A stretch of DNA of 63,500 nucleotides, counting the filler, from Octopus bimaculoides (taxonomy: Eukaryota), in NCBI RefSeq assembly GCF_001194135.2. It is 7 parts of 7 records of this genome, joined end to end, with 100 filler letters (N's around TTAATTAATTAA, not from the genome) between each part and the next. Parts side by side here need not be neighbours in the genome. Positions count along the whole stretch, not along the records: positions 46,380 to 53,572 come from NW_026334451.1; positions 53,673 to 54,979 come from NC_068982.1; positions 55,080 to 60,417 come from NC_069010.1; positions 60,518 to 63,500 come from NC_068986.1; 3 more parts are not named here. One strand, written 5' to 3'. The notes under the pieces were generated by a model. That model was not told the origin of the DNA. It made no database searches and saw only the letters and a program-made list of their open reading frames with translations. The position numbers were made by a program, and so were the translations under genes. Numbering within the stretch: position 1 is the first letter of the stretch; every line of letters starts with the position of its first letter. Positions 51,961-63,500 of this stretch are shown here, in pieces.

Positions 51961-53672
51961 NNNNNNNNNNNNNNNNNNNNNNNNNNNNNNNNNNNNNNNN
52001 NNNNNNNNNNNNNNNNNNNNNNNNNNNNNNNNNNNNNNNNNNNNNNNNNNNNNNNNNNNNNNNNNNNNNNNNNNNNNNNNNNNNNNNNNNNNNNNNNNNN
52101 NNNNNNNNNNNNNNNNNNNNNNNNNNNNNNNNNNNNNNNNNNNNNNNNNNNNNNNNNNNNNNNNNNNNNNNNNNNNNNNNNNNNNNNNNNNNNNNNNNNN
52201 NNNNNNNNNNNNNNNNNNNNNNNNNNNNNNNNNNNNNNNNNNNNNNNNNNNNNNNNNNNNNNNNNNNNNNNNNNNNNNNNNNNNNNNNNNNNNNNNNNNN
52301 NNNNNNNNNNNNNNNNNNNNNNNNNNNNNNNNNNNNNNNNNNNNNNNNNNNNNNNNNNNNNNNNNNNNNNNNNNNNNNNNNNNNNNNNNNNNNNNNNNNN
52401 NNNNNNNNNNNNNNNNNNNNNNNNNNNNNNNNNNNNNNNNNNNNNNNNNNNNNNNNNNNNNNNNNNNNNNNNNNNNNNNNNNNNNNNNNNNNNNNNNNNN
52501 NNNNNNNNNNNNNNNNNNNNNNNNNNNNNNNNNNNNNNNNNNNNNNNNNNNNNNNNNNNNNNNNNNNNNNNNNNNNNNNNNNNNNNNNNNNNNNNNNNNN
52601 NNNNNNNNNNNNNNNNNNNNNNNNNNNNNNNNNNNNNNNNNNNNNNNNNNNNNNNNNNNNNNNNNNNNNNNNNNNNNNNNNNNNNNNNNNNNNNNNNNNN
52701 NNNNNNNNNNNNNNNNNNNNNNNNNNNNNNNNNNNNNNNNNNNNNAAGAAGACTAAGAGAAAAAGATGTTTTATATGACACATTCTACCTGTGTTCCAAG
52801 TTTCAAATTGTTTCGTTAATGAAAAATGTGGCCCCCGTTTTAAAAAAGATCCGAAGTTTTATATATATATATAAATATATGAATGTAATATATACAATGG
52901 ATTTTGGTAAGCAGTGTTGATTTTAACAATTCTACTAATAATAATAATATTTTATAACTTTAAAGCTTATAAGGGATTACTAAAAGAAATAGTCTTATAT
53001 ACCCCAAAATTAGACTATTTTCTTTACGCATTACACGGTGATCGCTAATAAGCTTTAAGGTCATAATATATATACATATACACACATATGGTAAAATTCT
53101 AAAGGGATCTGTTTTTGTTTGCGTCGGCAAAACATTATCTCGTAAAATCGAGAAGAAGAATACAGTGAATTTGCTGTGAAGTGTGAAAATTCCAATGTCT
53201 CTGACATTGTCTTTTTTCATTTAGAGGCTGTAAACTTCTACCGTCTCTCTTTAATTACTCTGTCAAATTTTCCCTGTAGAACGACCCATTGTCCAAATCC
53301 ATTTGATTTTAACCCTGCTCTTTCTGTAGATCTATCTATCTATCTATCTATATTTATATAAATAAGGATAAGATCGATATTTAAAATAGTGATATTATCA
53401 AGTGGCCAGCATGGGAATAAAAACCATCAAAGGTAACAATTATTTAAAATTATAATATAGGGTATCTAAGAGATACCACTACGCTGGAAATAACAGTCAA
53501 ATCTTGACTCTAAACCACAATAAATGTTCATATAGCACGAAGAGCGAAGACGAAGATAAAATAAACTAGCAANNNNNNNNNNNNNNNNNNNNNNNNNNNN
53601 NNNNNNNNNNNNNNNNTTAATTAATTAANNNNNNNNNNNNNNNNNNNNNNNNNNNNNNNNNNNNNNNNNNNN

Positions 53673-53732
<60 letters not shown>

Positions 53733-54199
53733 TATCATTTAGCTTTTGCTTCTGACAGTTAGTAGACTGTGAGCATCATGGGGCACCACGTTGAAGAATC
53801 TTAAGTCAAACGAATCGACTATAGTACTTGTTATGTTTTTTTAAACCTTGTACTCATCCCGTTCAAAAGGTCCCTGAATGAGGGTTAATCAGGGATGTTG
53901 AAAGAAACCCCCATGCTTACGGAGGTAAATTATTGAAATCCCAAAGAATTCCTCTCATCTCATAGCTATAATCCTTCCTCACTACTTATGTTTGTGATCA
54001 GAAATGCACGTATCGTCAGCCACCAAGGGACAGGCTCGGCTGGTTAAGGTCGAGCAACTGACAGGCAAATTTTTAGTTTTGAGCAGAATATTGGTTGTAG
54101 CCCGTCTTTTATACCAACAAAAAGCATATACATAATAACACTTCTGAAGGTAATATTCGTTTTCCTTTACAGCTGCTGAAATAGACTAAAGTGTTATAA

Positions 54200-54890
54200 T
54201 GGAGGTAGCTGAATGCAGATCAGTGATCAGTTTCTCATATTTGAAAGTTCGTACACCAAAAGAGACTTCCGATGAGATGGAAGAAATTTATGGTGACGAT
54301 GCACCATCATACGTCGTAGTCAAGGACTGTCATTTCAAGTAAAAATGTGATCGGACATTGGTGGAAACTGCTCCACCGTTTGATACCGACATCATCTATA
54401 AAGTAGATGCCATCATTTTGCGAGGCCGCCGCATAACTATTTGGCAACTAGCACAAGACGTGAAGGTAAATGTATGGTCCGTGGAAAAAAAATCAATCAC
54501 GACCATTTTCACATGAGGAAGTTGTTTGCACGATCGATTAACCGGATACTTATACCTTTTCAGAAGCAGGAACGAGTCAATTGCTCCCACGCTCTTCTGG
54601 CAATGTGTCAAGAGAACGAGGAAGTTTATGATCCTGAGACTAAAGTCCAGTCGAAGCAATGGAATGATAACTCACCACTTCCAGAGAATACTCGTGTCCA
54701 ACCTTCAGCCAGCAAGATGATGCTCACTGCTTTTTGGTACCAACGTAGAGTAGATTATAGATTTTTTCGCAAAGGGCATTACAATTAAAGGGGCATATTA
54801 TGCTATACTTTACTATTACACTTTTAAGAACAGGAAAATATCACAAAAACTGATGCGCAGGGTTTCACGTTGCCGTTCGTCGGACAGTTG
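54200..54890 (+). mobile_element. Degenerate mariner transposase
   Basis: EIYGDDAPSY, QKQERVNCS, YDPETKVQSKQW and SASKMMLTAFW motifs. Confidence 0.85.
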
Positions 54891-55151
54891 TGATGAAACA
54901 TATTACTGTACCTCCGACATTCGAGTACTATTTTCCCCACCTTGTTTCACATTTATGCGCCTACCCTAGTATATATATANNNNNNNNNNNNNNNNNNNNN
55001 NNNNNNNNNNNNNNNNNNNNNNNTTAATTAATTAANNNNNNNNNNNNNNNNNNNNNNNNNNNNNNNNNNNNNNNNNNNNATATATATATATATTTATACA
55101 TATATATAGACATAAATATATAGTATATGTGGAGGTAGATGTGTATGTATG

Positions 55152-55203
<52 letters not shown>

Positions 55204-55349
55204 CACACACACGTGTAGAATGCATGTGTGCACATAAATATGTGTGTGTGTATTCATTTATATAAATTCATAGGGTATGGATACATGCGTGTGTGTATGT
55301 ATGTGTGTGTGTCTGTGTGTATATATATATATATACACACACACACACT

Positions 55350-55390
<41 letters not shown>

Positions 55391-55524
55391 GTTTCATTTT
55401 GAAGATTATTTTTTTTATCTAATCAGAGCTTTTAATTCATGTCTTTGCATGACTAAGTTAGTTTGATTGAATATATATATATATGCACTCGTGAGATTTT
55501 GAGGAGACTGCCATATATAGATTG

Positions 55525-55557
<33 letters not shown>

Positions 55558-55688
55558 GTATATGTATATGTATATATATTGAGGTTTTTTTTTTGTTGTT
55601 TGTTTGTTTTTTTTTTTCTCTCACTCGTTTAGGTTTGTGATGACAAAAGATATCATTGTTTATATTTCCAATGTTCCGTCTTCTTCAG

Positions 55689-56031
55689 GATGTTAGCCCA
55701 CCTCGGGTGCAACCATCATTCACTCCTGACTTGCAGGCTGAATGGGAATCATTTGAGAAGCTCATTTCAGCTGGACACGAGGGTGTAAAACCAGTTCATC
55801 AACAGTATGTGCTACTCGATGGTCAGGACGTGACCGGTGTGTCCGAAGCAAAAGAGGCGGCGACCACTTTGAACCGATGTGTTGACAGTGCTGCTGTTAA
55901 AGGCGATGGTGCTATTGGAACCAGTGAGAAGCCAGCAGATTATGTAGCACTCAGGATAAGGGTAGGCTCTACCTCTGGTACCCAGTCTCCATGGAGTGCA
56001 AGCAGTAATCCAGAATCTGATAGTCTAACAG
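55689..56031 (+). CDS. Exon of a partial RS-rich protein gene (DVSPPRVQPSFTPDLQAEWESFEKLI...ESDSLT)
   Basis: Acceptor ccgtcttcttcag|GAT, phase 0. Open non-repetitive frame of 114 codons, GC-richer than flanks. Donor ACAG|gttggt, phase 1, joins the next exon in frame. Confidence 0.75.
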
Positions 56032-56308
56032 GTTGGTTTCATTTGATTCTTTAGCCCTTTAATTCAGGTTATTGTCAAATGCGGTGCCTTTTTTTTTTTA
56101 TGCACATTGTTTTGAATCCATCATCATCATTTAACGTCCGCTTTCCATGCTAATGATGGTAGTGGACATGTTGAAAATTAACAAGATGAATAAAGAATTT
56201 AGGCCATTCTTCTTTCTCATCCTTTTTACAAATTAATTCTATCATTTATAGTTACGAAGATACAAGTATTTTAAATTGCATCATGACTTTATGGACATCC
56301 TGTGTATA

Positions 56309-56604
56309 TCATCATCATCATCATCGTTTAACGTCTTCTTTCCATGCTAGCATGGGTTGGACGATTTGACTGGGGACTGGTGAGTCAGATGGCTGCACCA
56401 GGCTCCAATCTGATCTGGCAGAGTTTCTACAGCTGGATGCCCTTCTTAACGCCAATCACTCCGAGAGTGTAGTGGGTGTTTTTACGTGTCACCCGCACGA
56501 AAACGGCCACGCTCGAAATGGTGTCTTTTATGTGCCATGGGCACGAGGGCCAGTCCAGCAGCACTGGCAACGGTCACGCTCAAATGGTGTTTTTTTATGT
56601 GCCA
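56309..56604 (-). mobile_element. SINE family D with (GAT)n tail
   Basis: (CAT)n followed by gtttaacgtcttctttccatgctagcatgggttggacg...ggatgcccttc. The GGAAGGGCATCC motif recalls V-domain SINEs (from memory). Confidence 0.75.
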
Positions 56605-57075
56605 NNNNNNNNNNNNNNNNNNNNNNNNNNNNNNNNNNNNNNNNNNNNNNNNNNNNNNNNNNNNNNNNNNNNNNNNNNNNNNNNNNNNNNNNNNNNNNNN
56701 NNNNNNNNNNNNNNNNNNNNNNNNNNNNNNNNNNNNNNNNNNNNNNNNNNNNNNNNNNNNNNNNNNNNNNNNNNNNNNNNNNNNNNNNNNNNNNNNNNNN
56801 NNNNNNNNNNNNNNNNNNNNNNNNNNNNNNNNNNNNNNNNNNNNNNNNNNNNNNNNNNNNNNNNNNNNNNNNNNNNNNNNNNNNNNNNNNNNNNNNNNNN
56901 NNNNNNNNNNNNNNNNNNNNNNNNNNNNNNNNNNNNNNNNNNNNNNNNNNNNNNNNNNNNNNNNNNNNNNNNNNNNNNNNNNNNNNNNNNNNNNNNNNNN
57001 NNNNNNNNNNNNNNNNNNNNNNNNNNNNNNNNNNNNNNNNNNNNNNNNNNNNNNNNNNNNNNNNNNNNNNNGTAT

Positions 57076-57260
57076 ATCATCATCATCATCATCGTTTAAC
57101 GTCTTCTTTCCATGCTAGCATGGGTTGGACGATTTGACTGAGGACTGGTGAAACCGGATGGCTACACCAGGCTCCAGTCTGATTTGGCAGCGTTTCTACA
57201 GCTGGATGCCCTTCCTAACGCCAACCACTCAGAGAGTGTAGTGGGTGCTTTTACGTGTCA
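57076..57260 (-). mobile_element. SINE family D copy
   Basis: Similar but not identical to 56309-56490. Confidence 0.8.
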
Positions 57261-57424
57261 TTGTTATGTATTTATTGAAGTTCCTACTGGGGTATGGTAG
57301 AATGCATCTCAGTTGCAGTTGTTTGAAGAAAAGGAAAAAATACTTCATTGAATATGTTGTAAATATTATTTACAACATAACTTACAAACATGTCATTACA
57401 TCTTTCTCTCATTTCTCTTTTCAG

Positions 57425-57444
57425 AGGTGAAAAAACAGCCTGAG
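57425..57444 (+). CDS. 20-nt microexon of the RS-rich gene ((E)VKKQPE)
   Basis: Pyrimidine tract tctttctctcatttctcttttcag|AGGTGAAAAAACAGCCTGAG|gtaagt. Phase 1 in and phase 0 out exactly bridges exons 55689-56031 and 58200-58400. Confidence 0.8.
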
Positions 57445-57484
57445 GTAAGTATTGTTTTATTCTGTGTTCTTAGTCTCTCTCTTG

Positions 57485-57866
57485 TGGAGGCACAATGGCC
57501 CAGTGGTTAGGGTAGCGAACTCATGGTCATAGGATTGCGGTTTCGATTCTCAGACCGGGCGTTGTGAGTGTTTATTGAGCGAAAACACCTAAAGCTCCAC
57601 GAGGCTCCGGCAGGGGATGGTGGCGAACCCTGCTGTACTCTTCCACCACAACTTTCTCTTACTCTTACTTCCTGTTTCTGTTGTGCCTATAATTCAAAGG
57701 GGTCAGCCTTGTCACACTGTGTCATGCTGAATCTCCCCGAGAACTACGTTAAGGGTACACGTGTCTGTGGAGTGCTCAGCCACTTGCACGTTAATTTCAC
57801 GAGCAGGCTGTTCCGTTGATCGGATCAACTGGAACCCTCGACGTCGTAAGCGACAAAGTGCCAACA
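57485..57866 (+). mobile_element. tRNA-derived SINE, family A (intronic)
   Basis: A/B-box head; colinear with the reverse complement of 3124-3500. Confidence 0.85.
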
Positions 57867-58199
57867 ACTACATTATAATTTTTTTAGTAAATTTTTCATC
57901 AATACTAGGGACTAGAGTACATTGTTTCTTTTTGCTTTTATTGTATTGGACTGAATTTAGGGGCCAGCCTTGTTACACTCTGTGTCATGCTATCTCACAA
58001 AAATATATAGCCCTTGGTCAACCAAGGGCATTCCAGTGTTTTTGTATGTTCAGTGTGACCTTGTTATGATTTGAAGGAATTTGGCTGCTATGTTTAGCAT
58101 GTTGAGCAGCCACATAGAAGAATCCCTAGTTGACTAATTATTGTTATCCTTGATTTTTTTTTTAAAGTAATTATTATTTTTCGCGCTCTTTTATCATAG

Positions 58200-58400
58200 G
58201 AGGAAATAAAAGTATCATCGAGGACCCCTAGTAAATCACCGGAGGCACACTCTCGCAGCATGTCCCCGGCAGACGACAAAGGGGCCGAGAAAGCCATTCG
58301 CCGCTGCCGCTCTCGGAGTAGTACCCCGGGCCACAGCTCTCGCAGTCGCTCAGGAAGTGATTCTGCACAGTCGAGAAGTTCGTCACGTGAACGAAGTCGC
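58200..58400 (+). CDS. Exon of the RS-rich gene (EEIKVSSRTPSKSP...SRSSSRERSR)
   Basis: ttttatcatag|GAG ... CGC|gtaagt; 201 nt, phase 0-0; Ser/Arg dipeptide-rich. Confidence 0.9.
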
Positions 58401-58514
58401 GTAAGTACCACCATAGATAGCATCATTGTGATCGTTGTCATCACCATCATCGTTTTAACATCCATTGTTCCATGCTCGCATTGGTGAAACTGAATTTGTT
58501 GAGACACATCTCTC

Positions 58515-58806
58515 TCTCTACGACCGCATGCTCCTCCTGTTGCCAACCCTTGTTTCCAACCAAGGTAAAATACACCATTTCGAACGTGGCCGTTGCCAGT
58601 ACCTCCTGACTGGCCTTCGTGCCGGTGGCATGTAAAAAGCACCCACTACGCTCTCGGAGTGGTTGGCGTTAGGAAGGGCATCCAGCTGTAGAAACTCTGC
58701 CAAATCAGATTGGAGCCTGGTGCAGCCATCTGGTTTCACCAGTCCCCAGTCAAATCGTCCAACCCATGCTAGCATGGAAAGCGGACTTTAAACGATGATG
58801 ATGATG
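58515..58806 (+). mobile_element. SINE family D copy, opposite orientation
   Basis: Reverse complement of the 57076 copy; ends in (GAT)n. Confidence 0.8.
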
Positions 58807-59157
58807 TAATATGTCATCATGGCCATTCATGTTGACGCAGGGCATTGCAAATGAAGGATGCCACACTTGCATGTCGATGACTCTTGTTTTGCAAGTCCCA
58901 TGCGAAGCCAAAACAAGGAAGCAGTAACACATACACACGTGTGTTACATGGACTCTCCTGTTGAAGACAACGTTGCATGTACTTGGCTTACAAAGAATAA
59001 GTCCTGATGTTGATTTGTTCAACTAAAGGCAGTGCTCCAGCATGGCCACAGTCAAATGACTGACACAAGTAAAAGAATATATATATATATATATTGAGAG
59101 AGAGAGAGAGAAACACGCTCATAAACATACTAATCATGATGCTTTCTTCTGTTTTAG

Positions 59158-59315
59158 ACTCGAAAGTCACGATCTCAATCCAGAAGTCGGTCCAGATCAA
59201 AGTCAAGATCACCTTACCGGTCAGCTCGCTCTTCCCGCCATCGACGTAGGAAGCATAGCTATAGGTCAAAGTCACGATCGCACTCTAGGAGTCGGCGCTA
59301 CCGCAGGTCCCGCTC
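59158..59315 (+). CDS. RS-domain exon (TRKSRSQSRSRSRSKSRSPYRS...), truncated by N-gap
   Basis: gctttcttctgttttag|ACT, phase 0. Dense RS repeats with varied codons, so not a microsatellite. Runs into the gap at 59316. Confidence 0.9.
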
Positions 59316-60299
59316 NNNNNNNNNNNNNNNNNNNNNNNNNNNNNNNNNNNNNNNNNNNNNNNNNNNNNNNNNNNNNNNNNNNNNNNNNNNNNNNNNNNNN
59401 NNNNNNNNNNNNNNNNNNNNNNNNNNNNNNNNNNNNNNNNNNNNNNNNNNNNNNNNNNNNNNNNNNNNNNNNNNNNNNNNNNNNNNNNNNNNNNNNNNNN
59501 NNNNNNNNNNNNNNNNNNNNNNNNNNNNNNNNNNNNNNNNNNNNNNNNNNNNNNNNNNNNNNNNNNNNNNNNNNNNNNNNNNNNNNNNNNNNNNNNNNNN
59601 NNNNNNNNNNNNNNNNNNNNNNNNNNNNNNNNNNNNNNNNNNNNNNNNNNNNNNNNNNNNNNNNNNNNNNNNNNNNNNNNNNNNNNNNNNNNNNNNNNNN
59701 NNNNNNNNNNNNNNNNNNNNNNNNNNNNNNNNATATATATATATATATATAGATTCTCTTGTTGTGAATGACAAATGAAGGTTCAGTAAAATAAAGCATT
59801 AATCATGTTCTATAAACACGAGTGTGTTTGTTGAGGCCTGCTGGTTGCTTGCAAACCTTTTGGCAAATGGAACAAGTTGAGGGCTTAGTTTGCTTGAGCG
59901 CTTGTGGATATGTGTTTTCTTGAGTGGACAGCAAGGCCTGCTCTGCTTTGTGTCTCAAAACCACAATGACAGGTTTAGAGGAGCAACATTTTGCCAGTGT
60001 GCCTTCATGAAGTTGGTCCAGATGTTGGAGTCGACTTAGCTTGAATTTTTATATATATGTATATACATGACAGGGTTTCTTCAGTTTCTGTCTACCAAAT
60101 CCACTCAAGGATTTGGTCAGCCTGAGGCCATTGTAGAAGGCACTTGTCCAAAGTGCTGCGCAGCAGGACCGAACCAGAACTATGTGGTTGGGAAGCAAGC
60201 TTCTTACCACACAGCCACACCTGTGCCTATGATTAAAAAGATTTTGTTGCAGAGATTTTTCGCTTCTCTATGCTATGTAATGTGTCTATTTGTTTACAG

Positions 60300-60417
60300 A
60301 GCAAACACCGGCGCCAAAGTCGTTCTCGGGAGCAATACCGATCAAGAGAGAGGCGGCGGTCACGCTCTAGGGATCGGTTCGGACGGAGCACTCGCGGAAG
60401 AGACTACTACAAAGAGC
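60300..60417 (+). CDS. RS-domain exon (SKHRRQSRSREQYRSRERRRSRSRDR...), truncated by N-gap
   Basis: tatttgtttacag|AGC, phase 0; RS/RE/RD-rich; runs into a gap. Confidence 0.85.
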
Positions 60418-60517
60418 NNNNNNNNNNNNNNNNNNNNNNNNNNNNNNNNNNNNNNNNNNNNTTAATTAATTAANNNNNNNNNNNNNNNNNNNNNNNNNNN
60501 NNNNNNNNNNNNNNNNN

Positions 60518-60598
<81 letters not shown>

Positions 60599-60899
60599 AT
60601 TACAAATGAGCTGCTGCTACTAGCTTCATGCTTTTGATATACCTTAAATTGACAGATTCATTAAACATACCATGCATCTCCAAGTAATAATAGATGTATT
60701 TAAGAACTAAGACGCTGGACTATGAGAAAGCACGAGAAAAAAATGCGAGAAGAAAAAACCGAGAAGAAAAAAGGGAAGAAGAGTGGAGCGGAAAGAAAAG
60801 TTAAAAAACCAAGATCTTTGGTCTTCTTTGACTGTAGAAGCCATAATTAATTTAGCTGGTGCATAATGATATAACAGAAAGGAGACCAAAGTCTGTGAG

Positions 60900-61450
60900 A
60901 TAGCTACTTAATCCAGAGCGGGTGATGTCCTCCAGCTCGACAAAAGAAACCTGTTCATTTGTTTGTATTTGATAAAAATTTCGAACCTGGATTTAAGTAG
61001 TGTGGTAGTGTCCTTGGAACTGAAACGAATATGCGATCTTTCAGCTACGTATAACTTGCATCACTTTCATCCGTTTATAGATGGCGTAATTTCTCAACCA
61101 TTCTCGATTTGATTGTATTTTGTGCTCATTTGAGCTTCAGATTGCATACATGGCTAGTCAACTTTGTGGTTTACTTTTAGCAATATGTTGCATAACAACT
61201 TTTAAAATTGCATTCGCATAAACCGATGTAACTTTTCTTCTCAATTATGCTCTCTTGGGACACTGTTGTAACTTCGGCTTCATAAACATCTATATTTATC
61301 AAACACACCTGATCAAGCGGGCAATCTTCAGGGTCTCGACAGTTACATCTGGGAGTAGGCTCTTGATGTGACTTACGAATGATAACGTTCTTCATATTGG
61401 GGCAGTAGCTGTACGAAATTTTTACTGAGCGCTTATTTTTCTTCTCGTTT
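60900..61450 (-). mobile_element. Penelope-like element GIY-YIG endonuclease remnant
   Basis: VKISYSYCPNMKNVI...CNCRDPEDCPLDQVCL...VYEAEV...KSYIGLCECNFK matches the Penelope CNCR...CPL...YIG pattern; continues degenerately. Confidence 0.85.
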
Positions 61451-63012
61451 TACTCTCATGTTATCTCACAGAGCAGCGTCCTGATTTTTAAATACGTCTA
61501 ACGTATGAACTGAGCCTGAAAGATTACTTGGAGACACAAGTCTTGTTATATGAATCTGCCAATTTAATGTCTCTTAAAAGCATGAAACTATTAGCAGCGT
61601 TTTTGCAAATGTATATATCAAATGACATTTATCTCTGACTGGATGAACTACATGCATGCATGCATACATACATACTTACATACATACATACATATGTATA
61701 TATATATNNNNNNNNNNNNNNNNNNNNNNNNNNNNNNNNNNNNNNNNNNNNNNNNNNNNNNNNNNNNNNNNNNNNNNNNNNNNNNNNNNNNNNNNNNNNN
61801 NNNNNNNNNNNNNNNNNNNNNNNNNNNNNNNNNNNNNNNNNNNNNNNNNNNNNNNNNNNNNNNNNNNNNNNNNNNNNTATATATATATATATATATATAT
61901 ATATTAGTGAGTGTATAGGGATTAAATTATCCAGGCGTATACCTTGGCAGCTCTCAGATATACACAAGATTATAGCTAACCTCATCAAGTAACGATAAGC
62001 GTCAATGATCGCTTACTGTAGCACTCACGCTATAATTCTTCTGACGCGAATTCCTGGTTCACTACTCTGGATTATAACTATTATCAAGAGTGTAGATTTC
62101 AAACAATTATAAAGAGTATGGAGACTAGTAGATCATCAAATTTTTCTTTTAATTTTACAGTTGATCGTACACCATAATTATTTGGTTATAATAACCGAAA
62201 GGTGTTTCTGCTGATTAGAATATACGCAGTTGACCATGCAACCAGCATAATCTCCTGGGTCCTTCAAACAAGCGTGGTTCAAAGCGAACTGAGTTAATTT
62301 CTTTACATGTTGCCAGTTTAATATACCAAGGGAATTGATAAGAGATATGTTGAAATCCGATATGGCTATTCTTTTTAGGGTAACCTCAACTTAACGCCAG
62401 CGCAGAGCGAGAATTGGGAGTTAAATGCACGTTAAATTGGGTTAAAGCATATCTGAGTGTTCTAATAGACTTTTCCCAGGGTTAAAGAGTGAATAGAGTT
62501 AATGTGTAACTTAGTTACGTCGATGGAGTTCCATCAATATATTTTATGATTGCACACTTATTAGATTGTTCATGAGTTTCCATACCTGTATGTGTTGCTA
62601 TGATTTATAAAACAAGAAAAGGAAGATATTCTAAGATAGTGATAATCATGATATTTAGTTGAACATTAGGCCAAATAGTGTCCCGATATATACCTCTGTC
62701 ATTCCACCTTTTCCTTTTGTGTATAGGATATCAACTTACCCGATATCTGCCTGAAAATGCTTAAAGATCTTCCCATGCAAGTATAAACATCTCAAGGCCT
62801 GTTCTAGTCTACTGTTAAGTAACTGGTGTTTCGATGTAAACATCTGGTATATTTCTTCTATGCACAAATCATGTGACTAAAAACCGAACCAGAAGATCAT
62901 ATTGCCATCACTCGATCGAGACATCTGGCATGGAAGAATTGCATTAGTCTGGGTAAGTCGCACGATCGGATTTTCACACGCGCGCGCGCACACACACACA
63001 CACATGCACACG

Positions 63013-63055
<43 letters not shown>

Positions 63056-63468
63056 TTACAATATTATTCAAAAGTCATTTTAGCATTAGTATAAACTGGT
63101 TAACAACAGTGGGTAGCTGAAGTTAATTTGCGCTTCTAAATCTGCGCCTCGTCTTCTCATTCTTTATCTCATTCTCTCGTATTGCCCCTGACGTTTTTTA
63201 CTACAACATTCCTACACACCTTATCGCAACATTCATTAAGAATCCTCGCAGGACCTCCTCGTTGAGTACTCACAGATCAAGTTTTCCAGACTAGATAGTA
63301 TATTGCCCTGTCGTGTACTCTGTCACATTTGACCATCGGGCCATCCTGGGCTGCTGAATTAGTTATGTCTGCATAATTTAACAGTAATATCTTAATATTA
63401 TACCATATTCTCGAAGATTAACATTTTTTCGTCTTCTGATGATACGTTTTGCGAAAATATATAAACCA

Positions 63469-63500
<32 letters not shown>

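Noticed and set aside
58094-58642. 182-aa - strand ORF
   Set aside because: Antisense shadow of the RS exon plus SINE D.
30567-60473. Repeated TTAATTAATTAA 12-mers as spaced repeats or an array
   Set aside because: Always embedded in N-runs; a six-frame-stop scaffolding spacer, not biological.
62640-62860. CR1/L2 RT remnant
   Set aside because: Only a vague QG...GP-like similarity; insufficient.
553-63120. Most listed ORFs (poly-CV, YI, HT, LS, M, H, X-rich)
   Set aside because: They are translations of (TG)n, (TA)n, (CA)n, (CT)n and trinucleotide tracts, or read through N-gaps.
63430-63460. CTGATGA...GAAA hammerhead-like word
   Set aside because: No coherent stem II, helix III or stem I.
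1-63500. CRISPR array, prokaryotic operon or rRNA
   Set aside because: No regularly spaced direct repeats with unique spacers, no gene-dense frames, no rRNA motifs.

Overview
AT-rich, repeat-saturated animal genomic DNA from a draft assembly with many N-gaps, six holding an artificial TTAATTAATTAA spacer. Microsatellite density and SINE families suggest an octopus/coleoid cephalopod (inference). Nearly all supplied ORFs are microsatellite or gap artefacts. The one well-supported gene is a partial, spliced, + strand Arg/Ser-rich (RS-domain) protein gene at ~55.7-60.4 kb: five exons with matching phases where checkable, including a 20-nt microexon, partly lost in gaps. The rest is decayed mobile DNA: mariner/Tc1 transposases, R4/Dong-like, L1/Tx1-like, RTE and Penelope-like retroelement pieces, at least four SINE families and fold-back (MITE-like) elements. 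There is also a probable LRR pseudogene. Most interesting: (i) minimal type-I hammerhead ribozyme folds in a dispersed short repeat; (ii) inverted SINE copies bracketing two exons of the RS gene (circRNA / A-to-I editing geometry); (iii) - strand microexon-like splice modules and a CAG|GTAAGT recursive-splice-like site; (iv) a perfect 94-bp palindrome and a ~255-bp hairpin. No prokaryotic features, rRNA, intact tRNA or CRISPR array. All homology calls are by eye; no searches were run.
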